Origin: Tubulanus polymorphus
Lineage: Eukaryota; Animalia; Nemertea
Direction of reading: 5' to 3'
DNA: 64,000 nucleotides
Assembly: GCF_964204645.1 (NCBI RefSeq)
Contig: NC_134025.1
Location: 13,702,001 to 13,766,000, forward strand
In this document: piece after piece, positions 51,654-64,000 of the stretch
Layout of the letters: the number at the start of each line of letters is the position of its first letter
How positions within the stretch are numbered: position 1 is the first letter of the stretch
Notes under the pieces: model-generated
Told to the model about the DNA's origin: nothing
Databases searched by the model: none
The model's input: the letters and a program-made list of their open reading frames with translations, nothing else
Translations under genes and position numbers: made by a program

Positions 51654-53730
51654 CTGTTAACACAGTTATGTGAAGCTGTTCACAGACTGAACCAAAGGCC
51701 AACTGCTAACTGTACCCTTAGGGCCTGGAGCTAGTCAAACGATCGACCAAGTGGAACAGAATGAATATTTACCAGCAGTCCCATTAGAATTCTTACATGA
51801 TATCTTAAAGATTGATTATGGGAATCTTTGACTTGACAAATGTTTGATCAAGGAGAATAATACAAAACAACTACGATGAGGGTGTAGTTACTGACGAAAT
51901 TAAGTTACTGACTTATAGGTTTTAATGGTTTCACAAAAGGGATTTTTTATAGTAAAAGTCGTGAATAATATTTCTTCTGCTAATTCAAGACCTTTTTGAT
52001 AAAACGAGCGTGTGGATTGTAGCCTACGCGCGACCTGCTCCATAACGCGCATTTTCTATTACTAATACATACACGGTGATCGCCGCATATATAGGCGATA
52101 TTGCCTACTGGACTGTAACTAATGTTATCGACACGCGCTCTCATCACTGTGCCGCAAACTAAAAACACATAATCGAGCTCTAAAAACGGATCGCTGACTT
52201 GAAAGTCCAAAAGAATTAATGACGATAAATCATTTTACTAGTAATAGTACGTAATCGTTTGACGTGACGGATTTCACGATAACAATAGGACGACGTGTAC
52301 TACGTACCGTCGTCCTAAAAAGAAATTGAAATAGATTTTGGGTGGAGGTTCAATGTTGACACAACTAATCTTGTTTTTATTAACTCATATATCTATCAGC
52401 TGTGGCTGCTGATGTGTCTTCAGTAATTTCACTGATAAGCCGAGATACACCCCTTAGCGCCAAATGGTCATAGTGACTACGAACAATATAAAACTCGTGA
52501 TGATTAAGTCAAACCAAGAAGTATCTGTTGCAAAGTCAATATGTAAATTTTTCGATTCGATATGTTTTCAGGGTTATTTTCGGGTCACGTTATTGTTTCG
52601 AACTAACAAAATAGCCAATACACCAAATCACTCCTCCTCGTATGAAAGCATATTTTTTTCTAATAACCCCTTCCGTACATAGTGACTGTGTACTAGCCTA
52701 AATCTTAAAATTTATGAAAACATATCTAAGTCCCATAACTAATTTGGCTGATTGACATATCATCCAGTACCCGTTTCCGATTAAACAAGTAACATCGTTT
52801 TAGATGCATTGCCAGCCAACATTAGCAAATATTTCATATAACAAAGTCACTGAAACATTAATGTATTCTAATAAATTTATTTTGACCCAATGCACCCCCT
52901 GGGTATGGCCTGGTACAAGCTGACGTACTATCACCTCTCTAACCCCCTGCACAAATCAGTTTGAAGTTACCCCCTTCCTGCTTACACAAATGATAGATAC
53001 ATGTTACATAATCCATATAGAGGGATAAAACATTTCAACAAAAATCCAATTTAAACAATGATTTGATCGGATGTAAGTTGAGTAATGTGAGTCACCTGTA
53101 TATGTTGCTGATATACACCTTTTGTAAATGGCATAACATATGTATGTGCACTAGTTATATAAAGATCATAAAAGAGAAGAAAAATAACGCAGAGGGTGTT
53201 TGCATTTTATAATAAAACTAGGGGTCAAGGGACACCACACCCACTTGGGAAGTGGTTTCAAATGCTCAACAAAATATGCTAAGTTACCAATATAATATGG
53301 CAATACTAAGTTATTTTACTTTTCAATGCCCCCCGGTGACCACATACAAAACCCAATGACCTTGAAACTCACCACAATCATAGGAAATGTCATGAGCTAC
53401 AATCTTGCAATCGATTGTAACAAAATACGTCTAGGTACCAATAATATATAGAAATACTATATATATAAAAATAAGTTATTATACTATTCAACACCCCCTG
53501 GTGGACATTTACATAAACTAATGACCTTGAAACTCACCACAATCATAGAATACGTCAGAAGCTACAGTACGAAATATGCATAGGTACCAATGTAAGCAGA
53601 CAAATTGTGCCTTATTCAATATTTAACATCCCCTGGTGGCAAGAACAAAGAATTGGGTGATGCCTATTTGATGTGAGGGTATCCTATGACAGCGCTAATA
53701 ATAATCAAATATCAAGACAATGAGTTAAAA

Positions 53731-54390
53731 ATTACATTTTTTGGAACTAAAACTTGTATTTCCGAGTAGTACTTACCCTTTCCTGTGGTTTTTGCCAATA
53801 TTTTCTAAATTTGGATTGCTCACCTATGGTTTTTCTATACGACCCGGCCCTGCGGTATTGCATATAGCCACCGACAAAATCCGCCATCTTTTTACGCCAT
53901 CACAGACCCAAAAAAACAGCTATGCGGGGTAGGTGGGCGGGATTCCCACCATAGGAAAGGGTAAGTACTATTCGGAAATACAAATTTTAGTTCCAAAAAT
54001 TGTAATATTACCGTCGAGTAGGAGGGGGACCTCTAGGACCTGCTGACCTCTAGGAGGGGGAGGCATAATTATTCAATCAATCGTTCAACAATAATGAATT
54101 AAATTAAGTTAAATTAGTTAAATTATTTCGGGAAAAAAGAAACAAGGGATAGCCCCCAAACCGAACGGACAGTGACAACTCCCTTAACTTCCTAATCCCT
54201 TCATTTTTTTGGCGAAAAAATCCAAAGCGTTCATAAGCAAGAATGCCAAGAAAAAAGAGGGCGGATTTTGCCGGTGGCTAAATGCAATACCGCAGGGCCG
54301 GGTCGTATAGAAAAACCATTGGCGATCAATCCAAATTTAGAAAATATTGGCAACAACCATAGGAAAGGGTACAGTACTCGACGGAAATAC
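53731..54390 (-). mobile_element. Non-coding element with DIRS-like inverted terminal repeats and an internal complementary region
   Basis: 53756-53892 is inverted relative to 54251-54390. The internal block 53949-54021 is complementary to both termini. No ORF. Confidence 0.55.
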
Positions 54391-55797
54391 CTGTCTATAT
54401 TTTCCTGAAAAAACCTTTTTCCACCTACAAATGAGTACTGATGTCACTAAAATGGCCCCCAATTGCGTGATAATTGACTGATTAAAAATACCCGTCTCAT
54501 TCAGGCTAAAATTGATATTTTGGGTACAAAAAGGTCACAGGACGGCCACCTTAAGTCCAATCGACGCACTTTTTCATACGCTGATGGGCCCCGGGGGATA
54601 CAAATGTCGACAAAAGATCAAGGTAATCAAAAGGTCTTCAAAATTTCCCTTGAAAACTCCAACTTCATGTACAGTAAACAGAACTCATTGGACTGTATTC
54701 TGAGGTGGTCAACCAACCTGTCATGCCATATGCTACAATTCTGCAATTGATTGTGGTTACAAAATATGTATGTTCAAATATATATGGAAATACTGTTATT
54801 CCACTATTCAATGTCCTCTGGTGAACATCTTGAAACTCTCAATAACCAAACAGCATGTCATGAGCATCAGTTGTGTGATGAATTGTGTTCATAAAGTATA
54901 CCTACGTTCCAATATACATTATCAAATTTATTTAGTTCATAACTCTTGAAGTGACAAAATACTGCATCAAGGTTCATTATCTCAAGCTCAGGTGAAATTC
55001 ATTTCAAGCAAGATTTATACCTTTTTCAAGCTGTCTTTTCAGGCACGTTGGAAATAATTTTGGATTGTCGCAACCAATTTGCTTATTTCTAACAGGTTCT
55101 TGATGGGCGTCATATAAAAATGTTGAAAAAAGTTTCCATTCATTTTTCAATGGAACCTTATCAATACAATTCTGTTTAAGATGAAACACGTCAATGACGA
55201 TCGTTTCCAGCATGTCCCAGCTTACAGCTTACTGTCTGTCACACATGCTCTCCGTGCGACATTTTGGTGCGTAATTTCATTAATGATCGATTGATATACC
55301 TTCATTATACATCAATTTGTTCAGTGAGGAATTTGCATTCAGAAATAATCAATGATTTTTACTAAAGTTGTTTCTATTTTCATTTATGAGCGATAGTTTA
55401 CTCAGCATACGCTCGCGTAGTGCTGAAAAAACTGTTCCGCGGACGCTCGAAAACGTTGCTATGACATCACCACCTATTCATTAGCATAACAAAATACAGT
55501 AGATGACGCCATGTGACGGGCCGAAAATCAATTGATTAACGAAATTACAGACCACAAAGTTGATATTTATATCAATCAAGATTTGGATAATTACGAAATT
55601 TGCAATGTTCAATGACTATGACGAGGCTGCAGTGCCTTCAACGTGGTTCTTACGCCTGGTGTGAGATGTCAATGCAGAACTGAAATTTCCCCATGTTTTC
55701 CTAAAAGTCTACAGACGACGCAGAGTTTCACCATAATTCACAACATGCAAGATTAGCCATTCAATGCAATTTAATCAATTTCTTCATTGACCCCTAA

Positions 55798-56060
55798 AGC
55801 CGGGTGTAGGTTGGCCTTGCGACGGCTAACGACTCACTGCCAACGACCAACCGACCTACGCTACCTTGCGACTGCCAGCGACGGGTTGCAACTGCCAGCG
55901 ACGCCAGTCGCAATGAGTTGCACATGTTCTACTTTCTGCGACGCGACGTGACCGTCGCAACCGATCTACGCGCTCTTGCGACTAGGAGCAACTAGTCGCA
56001 CACAGTCGCTGACAATCGCGTCGCAACTGACTCACTTGTGAGGCAACGTGACGCCCGGCT
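55798..56060. mobile_element. Harbinger-like MITE; related relic near 63620-63790
   Basis: TAA|AGCCGGGTGT ... ACGCCCGGCT|TTA; internal TGCGAC/GTCGCA repeats. Confidence 0.7.
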
Positions 56061-57134
56061 TTAGACATGATGCACGTGTAGAAATGACTCGAGAACGTAT
56101 TCTGTCGGCAATTTGGAAATTTGTCATAATCAAGCGTTTCAAGCCAAAAAATTTATTTCAAGCTTTCAATCTATTTTCAAGCTGTTTTCAAGTGTTTGAA
56201 CAGCATCTTTCAAATTCATGCCATTTCAAGCTTTTTGAGCTTTTCAAGCACCGTGACGAACCCTGTGAATTAGTTTCTGAACATGAATACTAGCTGCCTA
56301 AATGCATGGATACGACTAGTGCCGGTCTTTTGTCCCTTGCCCAGGCCTCATATCATACACAGCATATTTGTGGTCCAAAAATATGCTGCTCATTCAAATC
56401 TAATCAATAAATATTCCTAGGAATATGATACAACCTACCCTAGCAAAAAAGGTCACAATAGTCATCTGTGTCCAATTGGCCCATAATTCCTATGAATGTC
56501 AAGCGACTTGATCAAAAAGTCAAAATTTGTTTTCAAAACTTCAGAAAATGTGTAAAAGAGTCTCATGTTGGCGACCAACAACAATGGTCACCAGTCGGGC
56601 ATCTTGATTCGTCATCCAGCTAGTTTCTTGGGCTGCAGATGTGTCAAGGGCAGATACATGCATAAACTAAATATCAAGACAATCCATTGAAGTGTCTTCA
56701 AAATAAGCGGGTTCCGTCTACAGATGGACAGACGAACAGACGAAAAGTGAACGCAACAGCCAGCATGGATTTAAGTCCCACGTGAGCTGAAAACATTAAT
56801 TTCAAATTGACTTCAGCAGTGTACATATACCTCAATTATCTTTCAAAACAGTCGACAAGTTTTGATGGATAACCATCTAGATTTCAGAAGTTTACACTTG
56901 TATTCAGTACATCAGTTACATGTAGGGAAATCGTACCTGTAACAGGGACTGTTCATCAAGTATGTAAAATTGCCAATTTTTAAGCCCCTTCCTTAGGCTT
57001 AAGCTAATTAGGGTACCTTTAGCTTAGGTTATGTCACGAGCACTGGAAAATACATGTACATAGAGCTAGTTGCTCGAATACAGCAGAACCACAGATATGA
57101 CAGATATATCTTCATTACCAGTATTGTAATTGTG

Positions 57135-57358
57135 CTTTTATTGTATATTTTTGCCGGGTATGTTTTATTTCTTCAATAAATTTTTACTATAGTAAATTTC
57201 TTTTTCCTAGGCCAATCGTATCTACGGTTAGAATATGTTAAAATCTAAGTCCAAAGATGAAATTTATTAGCAAGTCTTTGGTGCATTGAAAGCGAAGGAC
57301 CTACTATGTCCAGCGCTGTCGTACATCAGTTCTCTTTACTACACATCTTCATAATCAC
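57135..57358 (-). other. Candidate terminal exon of the minus-strand unit
   Basis: Minus-strand acceptor ttttcaatctAG, reading VIMKMCSKEN-stop in frame with the 57666-57757 exon; AATAAA on the minus strand near 57137-57168. Confidence 0.35.
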
Positions 57359-57665
57359 CTAGATTGAAAAATGTATACATTGAACATATTTCTAACAATG
57401 GTATGAAAAATAGGCTTAATTCTGTATTTATATATGAAGATAGATACCAGTACATAAAACCTGATATGCCTTTTTGAGGCAAGAATTATTTGAACTATGG
57501 TGTTAATACAGATTCTTGAGAAGATACATTGAAATCCTATGAATTGGTTTTATCTGGCGGTGTAAATTCTTCTAATTACTCGCACTAAGACTGGGATACT
57601 CCAGGTATGGGTAATCTCACTGATTCATAAGTGTCCCGTGCCATCATGCTATCGGCACGTCTTAC

Positions 57666-57757
57666 ATTACGCGATTTTTTATGCCATGCACCAGAATTTT
57701 CATCAGTTGATTCTGTTGTCGGTCCATTTCGATCCAAATGATCATCTGAACTCCAGT
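57666..57757 (-). other. Candidate 92-nt exon
   Basis: Strong acceptor tcttttttttcAG and donor GTAAG. One open frame reads WSSDDHLDRNGPTTESTDENSGAWHKKSRN. Confidence 0.5.
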
Positions 57758-60237
57758 CTGAAAAAAAAAGAAATATTGATATAGCCCTGGTAGGGTACCT
57801 GGCAAGTTATTAGTAAATGGCAATGGCAGTCTAAAATGGCAATTCATTAAATTTGAAAATGCTTAAAGCTTCCAGCACTATGTCATCAGCGACTTTTGTC
57901 CCATCTAATTTTATTACTTTTGTCCCATCTAATTTTATTGCAGCAAATATTTTTGCGTGTCTGCGAGATGCGATTTTCGATGTGAACCATATGAACTGAG
58001 CCAACTTGATCTTGCTGGATGCCCCTACTAACCCAATTGGAATTTGGTTAACATGGTCTTAGAGGCTATCAATACCAGTTTATTCAATGAAAATTAATAG
58101 AACGACTTAGATAAGATGGCACATGTCTATTCTCAGCCAATCTCATTCGCTCGTAGAGACGACGCCCCCTAATCGAGGTCATTGCAATTCTATACGCAAG
58201 AGCTAAGAATTTTCCCGCCAAAACAGTTTTTCGTCGAATTTAAAGTTGACCATGTCATCGACGGAGGTTTGTCATGTCTTCAATCGCATCGACTAAACAT
58301 CGTTTAACCCGAGAACCGATGAAAAAATGCTCACATAAAAAAACCTACCGCGATTTTACATGAATTGGCTCAATGCCAACCTCATACTGCTGACAAAGGT
58401 AAATCAAAAATCCGCAATTCCAGAGAAGTGGCTACTCGGCTAACTACTGAAGAAATGGGCCTGTTTGAGCGAATCGATTCACAAACAAGCTTTTTAACAT
58501 AAGTATTTTACAGGAAACCTCATCGGTTTTGCTTAAAACCACACAAATACACTCACATTTGATCACATAGTGTGCCCGCTCGGTGCCGAGCAGGTGCTGA
58601 GCAAATTTGTTGAAAACTTTCAATTTGCATAAGAACGCATCCATTATATCTGTGGTGAAATCTTTCAAATGTACTCCCAGCAGTTTAGGGAAGGAAAATA
58701 TTAGCAGGGATTTTGGGAAAGGGTTATAAAAAAATCTTTATCAACTTTGAGATATATGATTTTACAGTTTGGTCAATAGAGGATTTGCATTTTATACATG
58801 CATTTTATGTATTTATGCATTTTATGTGGTGCACCGATTCACATTGTTCCCACATTTATATGAATTCAAAATTCCCAAGTTTTTTCCAAGTATTTCATGG
58901 GTGATTTTTCAATTTTCCCAAATGGAAATGAGCACATATCGTCATTTAACATACAACATTTTAGTGGGGACTGGTTGATAAAGGTGATTTTCAAGAGAAA
59001 TTACTGAAGAAAGTTGCCCTTGGCAAATGCAATATGTGAAATGTAATGAATTTCCCAAGTATTTCCCTGATTTGAGGAAAATTTTCAAATTCCCAAATAT
59101 TTCTAAACCGGGAATTATCATTTCAAAATTCCCAAGTTTTTCCCAATTTCCCTGTTCTGTGGGAACCATGGATTCACTACCATTTAGGTACTCCATGTAC
59201 AACAACTATCAGAAAGAGAAACATGATACATGTTTATGTGTTAAGTCACATGCTAGCAAATTTTGACAATATTGAGAATGTTGTGCAGGGATCCACCACA
59301 AAGTGCGTGAAGCTGCATTGTTGTTTTCAGTGTCAAAATGTCGCTCATGAATTGCTGTGGTGTACTTGTTATGGCGGCTCTGTCGCTAGAGTACGGCCTA
59401 CTATAAAAGTCTCAATATACTCACAGCCAATAAGAGGTAATCAGATCATCAGTGGCTATAGTTATTTTGTAACGCACTGATAATTAATAGCATGTATAGA
59501 AATATCTATATTGGTACTAGAAATGAATAATGTTAGCCGTTTGTGTGCAATAAATATGAATTTCTTGAATAATTGCAAATTCATAGATTGTTAATCAAAA
59601 GCCTAATGCATACCTTTTGTTTCCACTTGCCATGTGTATTAGTATGATGGAGTTATAAGATGAAGCCTTGCTAAGATATGTCAGTTAAAAACCTATTTCA
59701 TTAATTTATCTAAGTTATTGGACTGATGTTATTCTGTACCCTCAACATAAAACAATGTCCTGAATCAGTGGATATAGTGAGTTGATTGCACACGGTAAGA
59801 ATTACACAACCACAAAGAAATGAAATAATCATTGTAAGGTAGTTAGACATTTTGCTAGAAAAACCCACAACCTAACTCTGCATACAGAGTAATCACCTTG
59901 TTATGCATTCGCCAATTAATGACAAATTTGATTGATATCAGTGACAAAAAGGTAATTATTACCACTAATCCCATATACTATGGAAGACCTGGTGGATCAT
60001 CATCATTCATTAATCAGTGCTACTGCAATTTTGTACACTCCTGTGTATTTCTTCATATCATATAGGTGCATTCACACAACGAAATTTAGACAGGTCTAAA
60101 TTTGGTCCGGTCCAATTTTGTGACCAAAGCCGCTACCAATACGAGGTGTATTTCAAAGAATTGAAATTCTGTCTAAGATTCATCAGTTCATAAGTCAAAA
60201 TATCCTCTCTATTAGAGCTAACCATGATCTTACTTAC

Positions 60238-60312
60238 TATCACTAAATGTTAATCCAAAATGATGATTTATGCATCCGTGTTCCTTGCTGTCTACTAATT
60301 TGCCATGGATTG
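60238..60312 (-). other. Candidate exon carrying an in-frame stop
   Basis: tttgaatAG | exon | GTAAGT. Continues the 60832 exon as SNPWQISRQQGTRMHKSSFWINI-stop (stop at 60243-60245). Confidence 0.35.
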
Positions 60313-60831
60313 CTATTCAAATCCTATTTTTTGCGCTCTTAGTTTGAACAGATGTGGTCCGTTCATCAGCTAATTATAATCATCAATATGTGGACTCACA
60401 AAATCAAGAGGAATTTTGTCTGAATTTGAATGCCAAACAGGTATAAAATTAAGTTAACGGACAATTAATCAAAAAGTTACTTCTGTAATCTGTACATACA
60501 TGCGCAGTCGCTGCCAGGTTCCGAAGATTGTTGAATTCGATATGGATTGACGATTAACAATCAACAATTGTCGATAAAGGAAAAATGAATGACAATGATC
60601 CTCCACGCCTTCTATACATATACCATCAAGCAAAAACGATCACCCCTATAGAACCCATAGCCGCATATTAACACAGATTACTTTTAACAGTTTTTAGGGG
60701 GTAAGTGGCTCTATAGAGGTGGTCATCTTTTCGGGAATGATCTATGTATATGTAAAGCTTATTATTAGTTCGAAGCAGACGGCAGAAGTTCTAGGTAATC
60801 AAACTGTTGTGGTGTCGTGGTGGTACTATAC

Positions 60832-61027
60832 CTGTCAGCAGCACAATTCCATAAGACTGAAGGTATCTCTTTAGCTGGTTTTGAACTATTTCTTGGTGCC
60901 CAACCTATTGGATAATCACTTGCATTTATAACCCAACATTCTTCATAACAAAGCAATTGGATAACATGTGTTAAGTTACAACAATTTCTTTCCATTAATA
61001 ACCAAAAAATTGGTTTATGCATATATT
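60832..61027 (-). CDS. Candidate coding exon of an unidentified gene
   Basis: cttctAG | 196 nt open | GTATAG. Reads EYMHKPIFWLLMERNCCNLTHVIQLLCYEECWVINASDYPIGWAPRNSSKPAKEIPSVLWNCAAD. Confidence 0.4.
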
Positions 61028-61676
61028 CTAGAAGTTTTAGTTAGTGTAAACTGCAATTCTATCGATGCCGATAAGCAGGAAAAATTGCATCTTTGGATCT
61101 CTAATGTCTACAGCAGAACTCTGAAATGATATCCTTGCATAACCTGACTCTTCAATATATTGCACTGAATAACAATACTAAATAACAAATAACAAATCAG
61201 ATGGATTTTCGGAGTTGATGGTTCTAGGCTATATAGCAGTAACGTTTGTATTTGGGTGTAAGGGTGATGGTTTGTTTAAAAGTAATGAATTCTTCCTTGA
61301 TTGACTTAAAGGTAAAATACTTAATCAAGATACGGTATTCGATTGGACCATGATCACAGCCATTTCTTTAATAGTTAATAAAGATGATTTGAATTGCTAA
61401 AGGCTCTGGAAGCCTTTTCCTTTCCGTAGCGGATGGGTCGCTGTTGCGGTTTCGTGGAAAAGACGTAAAAATTTCAATGGCATTTCGAAATTTGCGTTGA
61501 ATGCTTTTTACATATTGTGCGGTGGTTCTCATATTTTGAAAGATAATGGCTATTTTCAATGCGGCACATCCACATTCCATCAACAATCAGCATCTCAAGC
61601 AGTACAGGTCAAGCCCCTGAATTATGCAGTTAATACAGGCTGAATGCTCACTAACAGTCATCACAGTGTGTAATAC

Positions 61677-61778
61677 CTAAAACCCTAGACGCCACATCAT
61701 ACTTTAGTGATAACAAAAATTCATATGAATTCATGGATTTTTGGCGATATGTATTAGTACTGTTGCCACGTGCCATGT
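61677..61778 (-). CDS. Candidate coding exon of the same unidentified gene
   Basis: gcAG | 102 nt | GTATTA. Reads MARGNSTNTYRQKSMNSYEFLLSLKYDVASRVL; its phase-1 end joins the 61027 exon in frame. Confidence 0.35.
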
Positions 61779-64000
61779 CTGCTTGATCAAATACATACAT
61801 GTTGTAATAGATAAAGCACACAAGCCAAATTTTTGTGAAATAGTTGAGTAAATAGGAAATGAAAAGCAATACGTGACAATGTGTAAAACAGGCACCGAAC
61901 ACTTTTACAGTTCTTCTGATGACCAATCACGCCTGACTAGCCCAATTACCAATCACACAGGATTGGGTCAGTGACACCATCACCCCCATACTATTATATC
62001 ATTTTTGGACGAATTTGAAAAATATTTTTTTGGTACCCAAATCCACGGTTGTGGTTATTATAAATTGCAAAGCGTAAGCTATAACAGTTGTTACTATTCC
62101 ATGGACATTGTAAAAATATGGCTGCTCTGCCTACGAAACTAACAACTAATCATTACACCTACAGTCAAGCCCACTTAAGTTGGATCGGGATGTTGGATTT
62201 TGATGTCGTATGGTTCTTCAATGACTTCAGTTAATTACATTCAATAATCCTATGGACATTTGTTTAAGTGCCTAAAAATGTTTACATTTAACCCTCAGTG
62301 TGTCTACACCACAGTGCAGTGTATGAATTGGTGATGGACTTTACTAGCATTGATGTTAATAGTAATTAACTTTTATCTCTCTATGTAAAGATGGCAGCAC
62401 CAGTCAGAGTTCTTTTTGCTCAATTTTTGCAGATTTTTGCAAGAAACTTATAAAAAAATTGAATTTGTCTACTGAATGACTGCTCTCACTTGTATTTTTC
62501 TTAAGTGTTATATTTGAATGTATATCTCTATGCATGTGTTAGAAATTAGCTTTAATTCATAATTAGATTATTAAAAGATTTTGTCATATAAGAAATTATT
62601 CATTAGCTATGGTTTTTTGTATTTGTTATGATTTGTAATTTCATACTTTCTATGTGTTTTTTACACTCTGCAAGTTTTGATATGGATTGTGCATTTCCGT
62701 GTAGGCGAATGCCTTATATCATGCCTTAACGGCTCAGTAACTTTTTGGCATATATAATGTTTGATCAGAAATCTGTGTATTCAGTGTCAGCTCTACATGT
62801 CGCACAGTGAACATGAAATTGTGAGTAGCCTCTCTTTAAATATGATTTTATCAATTATTTCAAATGCTATAATTTGTCGTACATGATGTAAAAATGAGCA
62901 TAATTATTGTTGCTGAAATGTTTGTTTGTTTATTCTTTGTAGCAAACCATGAATACATAATAAATAATGTGTTAAAAACGTTCGCTGAAGTTGATTTAGA
63001 TCGTTGCCAGTCGCCGGTCAGCCAAGGCACGACAGCATGGATAGTTCTAATTAGTTACTATGTTATTTTCTGTTTGTTCATTTAAACAAGTATATTGTGT
63101 TATTGAATTTGTAAATTTTTATACCGTGTTATACATCTGTAAATCTTGTGTTGTCCCTCTAATACCTGTAATGGGTTTGAGTGTAAATGAATAAATAAAT
63201 TATTAGTAACTAACAATACACCATGCCGCAGTACGCCTGCTATTCAACACACCTGGGTGGAAGTTTTAGAAACATTCAAATTATCATCAGCACTTTTGGG
63301 TATTAATTAGTCAGCAAGGGAAAAGGTAAAGTCATATAAATACATAAGAAGTGTTCTCGCTTTTGAGCACAAAAATCGATTTGTTCTTGGATCTGCAATA
63401 ATGTATTAACAGCTGATTAAGATGAAATCATGGTGCACTGTGTAATAAGCATGTCCAACTCTGTTGATACACATGGTAATGGGTTTTCCCTATGAATCAC
63501 TAGCACATGGCTGGTTCTTGATAAGGATATCACTGGGAAAGCCCTTTCTAGAGGGATTTCCATATGATGATATGAGAACATTGAACAATTCTATGAAATT
63601 AATACACTTGTTAAACGTCAGTAAAGGCTGGCTTGCGACGCGACGCCTACCGACGCAACTGACAGCGACTGCGATTGCAGCCCAGCTTATGTCGACTGCC
63701 CTCCGATTCCCAGCAACTGAGGCCGACAAGCGAGATACGAGATCCGCCCAGTTGCTTCCCTGCTAATGTCGGTACGATTACTGGTAACTGAGCCGACTGC
63801 TGATGATCACGTGATAAGCATTTTGACAATAGATTTGAATTATTTTTAATTATTGGGAAATATAATTCCAGTAGATAAGCTATTTCTTTAAGATCTTATT
63901 CTTTCTGATTCTCTTTTGAATACAATGTTCTAGCGACATCATATAAAGATGGCCGCTCACACCATAATTCTACAAATTTCGTATCTAGATCTTCAGTCCA

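Larger units (their letters stand above)
53216..56792 (-). mobile_element. HINE family A element(s) fragmented by later insertions
   Basis: 3' end AACTAGGGGTCAAGGGACACCACACCCACTTGGG at 53216, tandem units 53300-53640, body 54395-54660, further units ~54720-54910, 5' part with microsatellite and subTIR at 56500-56792. Confidence 0.65.

Noticed and set aside
50526-57939. Small tandem duplications (23 bp at ~50526, 24 bp at ~57892; also ~40 bp at ~16970)
   Set aside because: Ordinary slippage duplications with no further structure.

Overview
AT-rich, intron-containing eukaryotic DNA from an invertebrate animal, probably a marine bilaterian (inferred from the proteins and repeat types, not proven). 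1-17 kb: the last four exons of PDSS2 (decaprenyl-diphosphate synthase subunit 2, + strand). Its introns are packed with nested repeats: non-autonomous Helentron-like (HINE) elements with ~154-bp internal tandem units, an RTE relic, a SINE, MITEs, and a 5'-complete but decayed CR1/L2-group LINE whose ORF1 combines an RRM-like region, three CCHC knuckles and an SGNH esterase. ~17.5-47 kb: a non-coding stretch lacking HINEs and LINEs and visibly richer in CpG, around the main coding exon of an Sp6-9 (Sp8/Sp9/buttonhead-type) zinc-finger gene at 42111-43373. 48-64 kb: repeat-rich again, with a chain of minus-strand exons of unknown identity. Most notable oddities: two (TA)n-centred palindromes, a ~660-bp non-coding element with DIRS-type ITR/ICR geometry, a 17+7+17-bp scar matching a P-element excision footprint, and the modular LINE inserted into a HINE tandem unit. 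All calls were made by eye; no searches or alignments were run.
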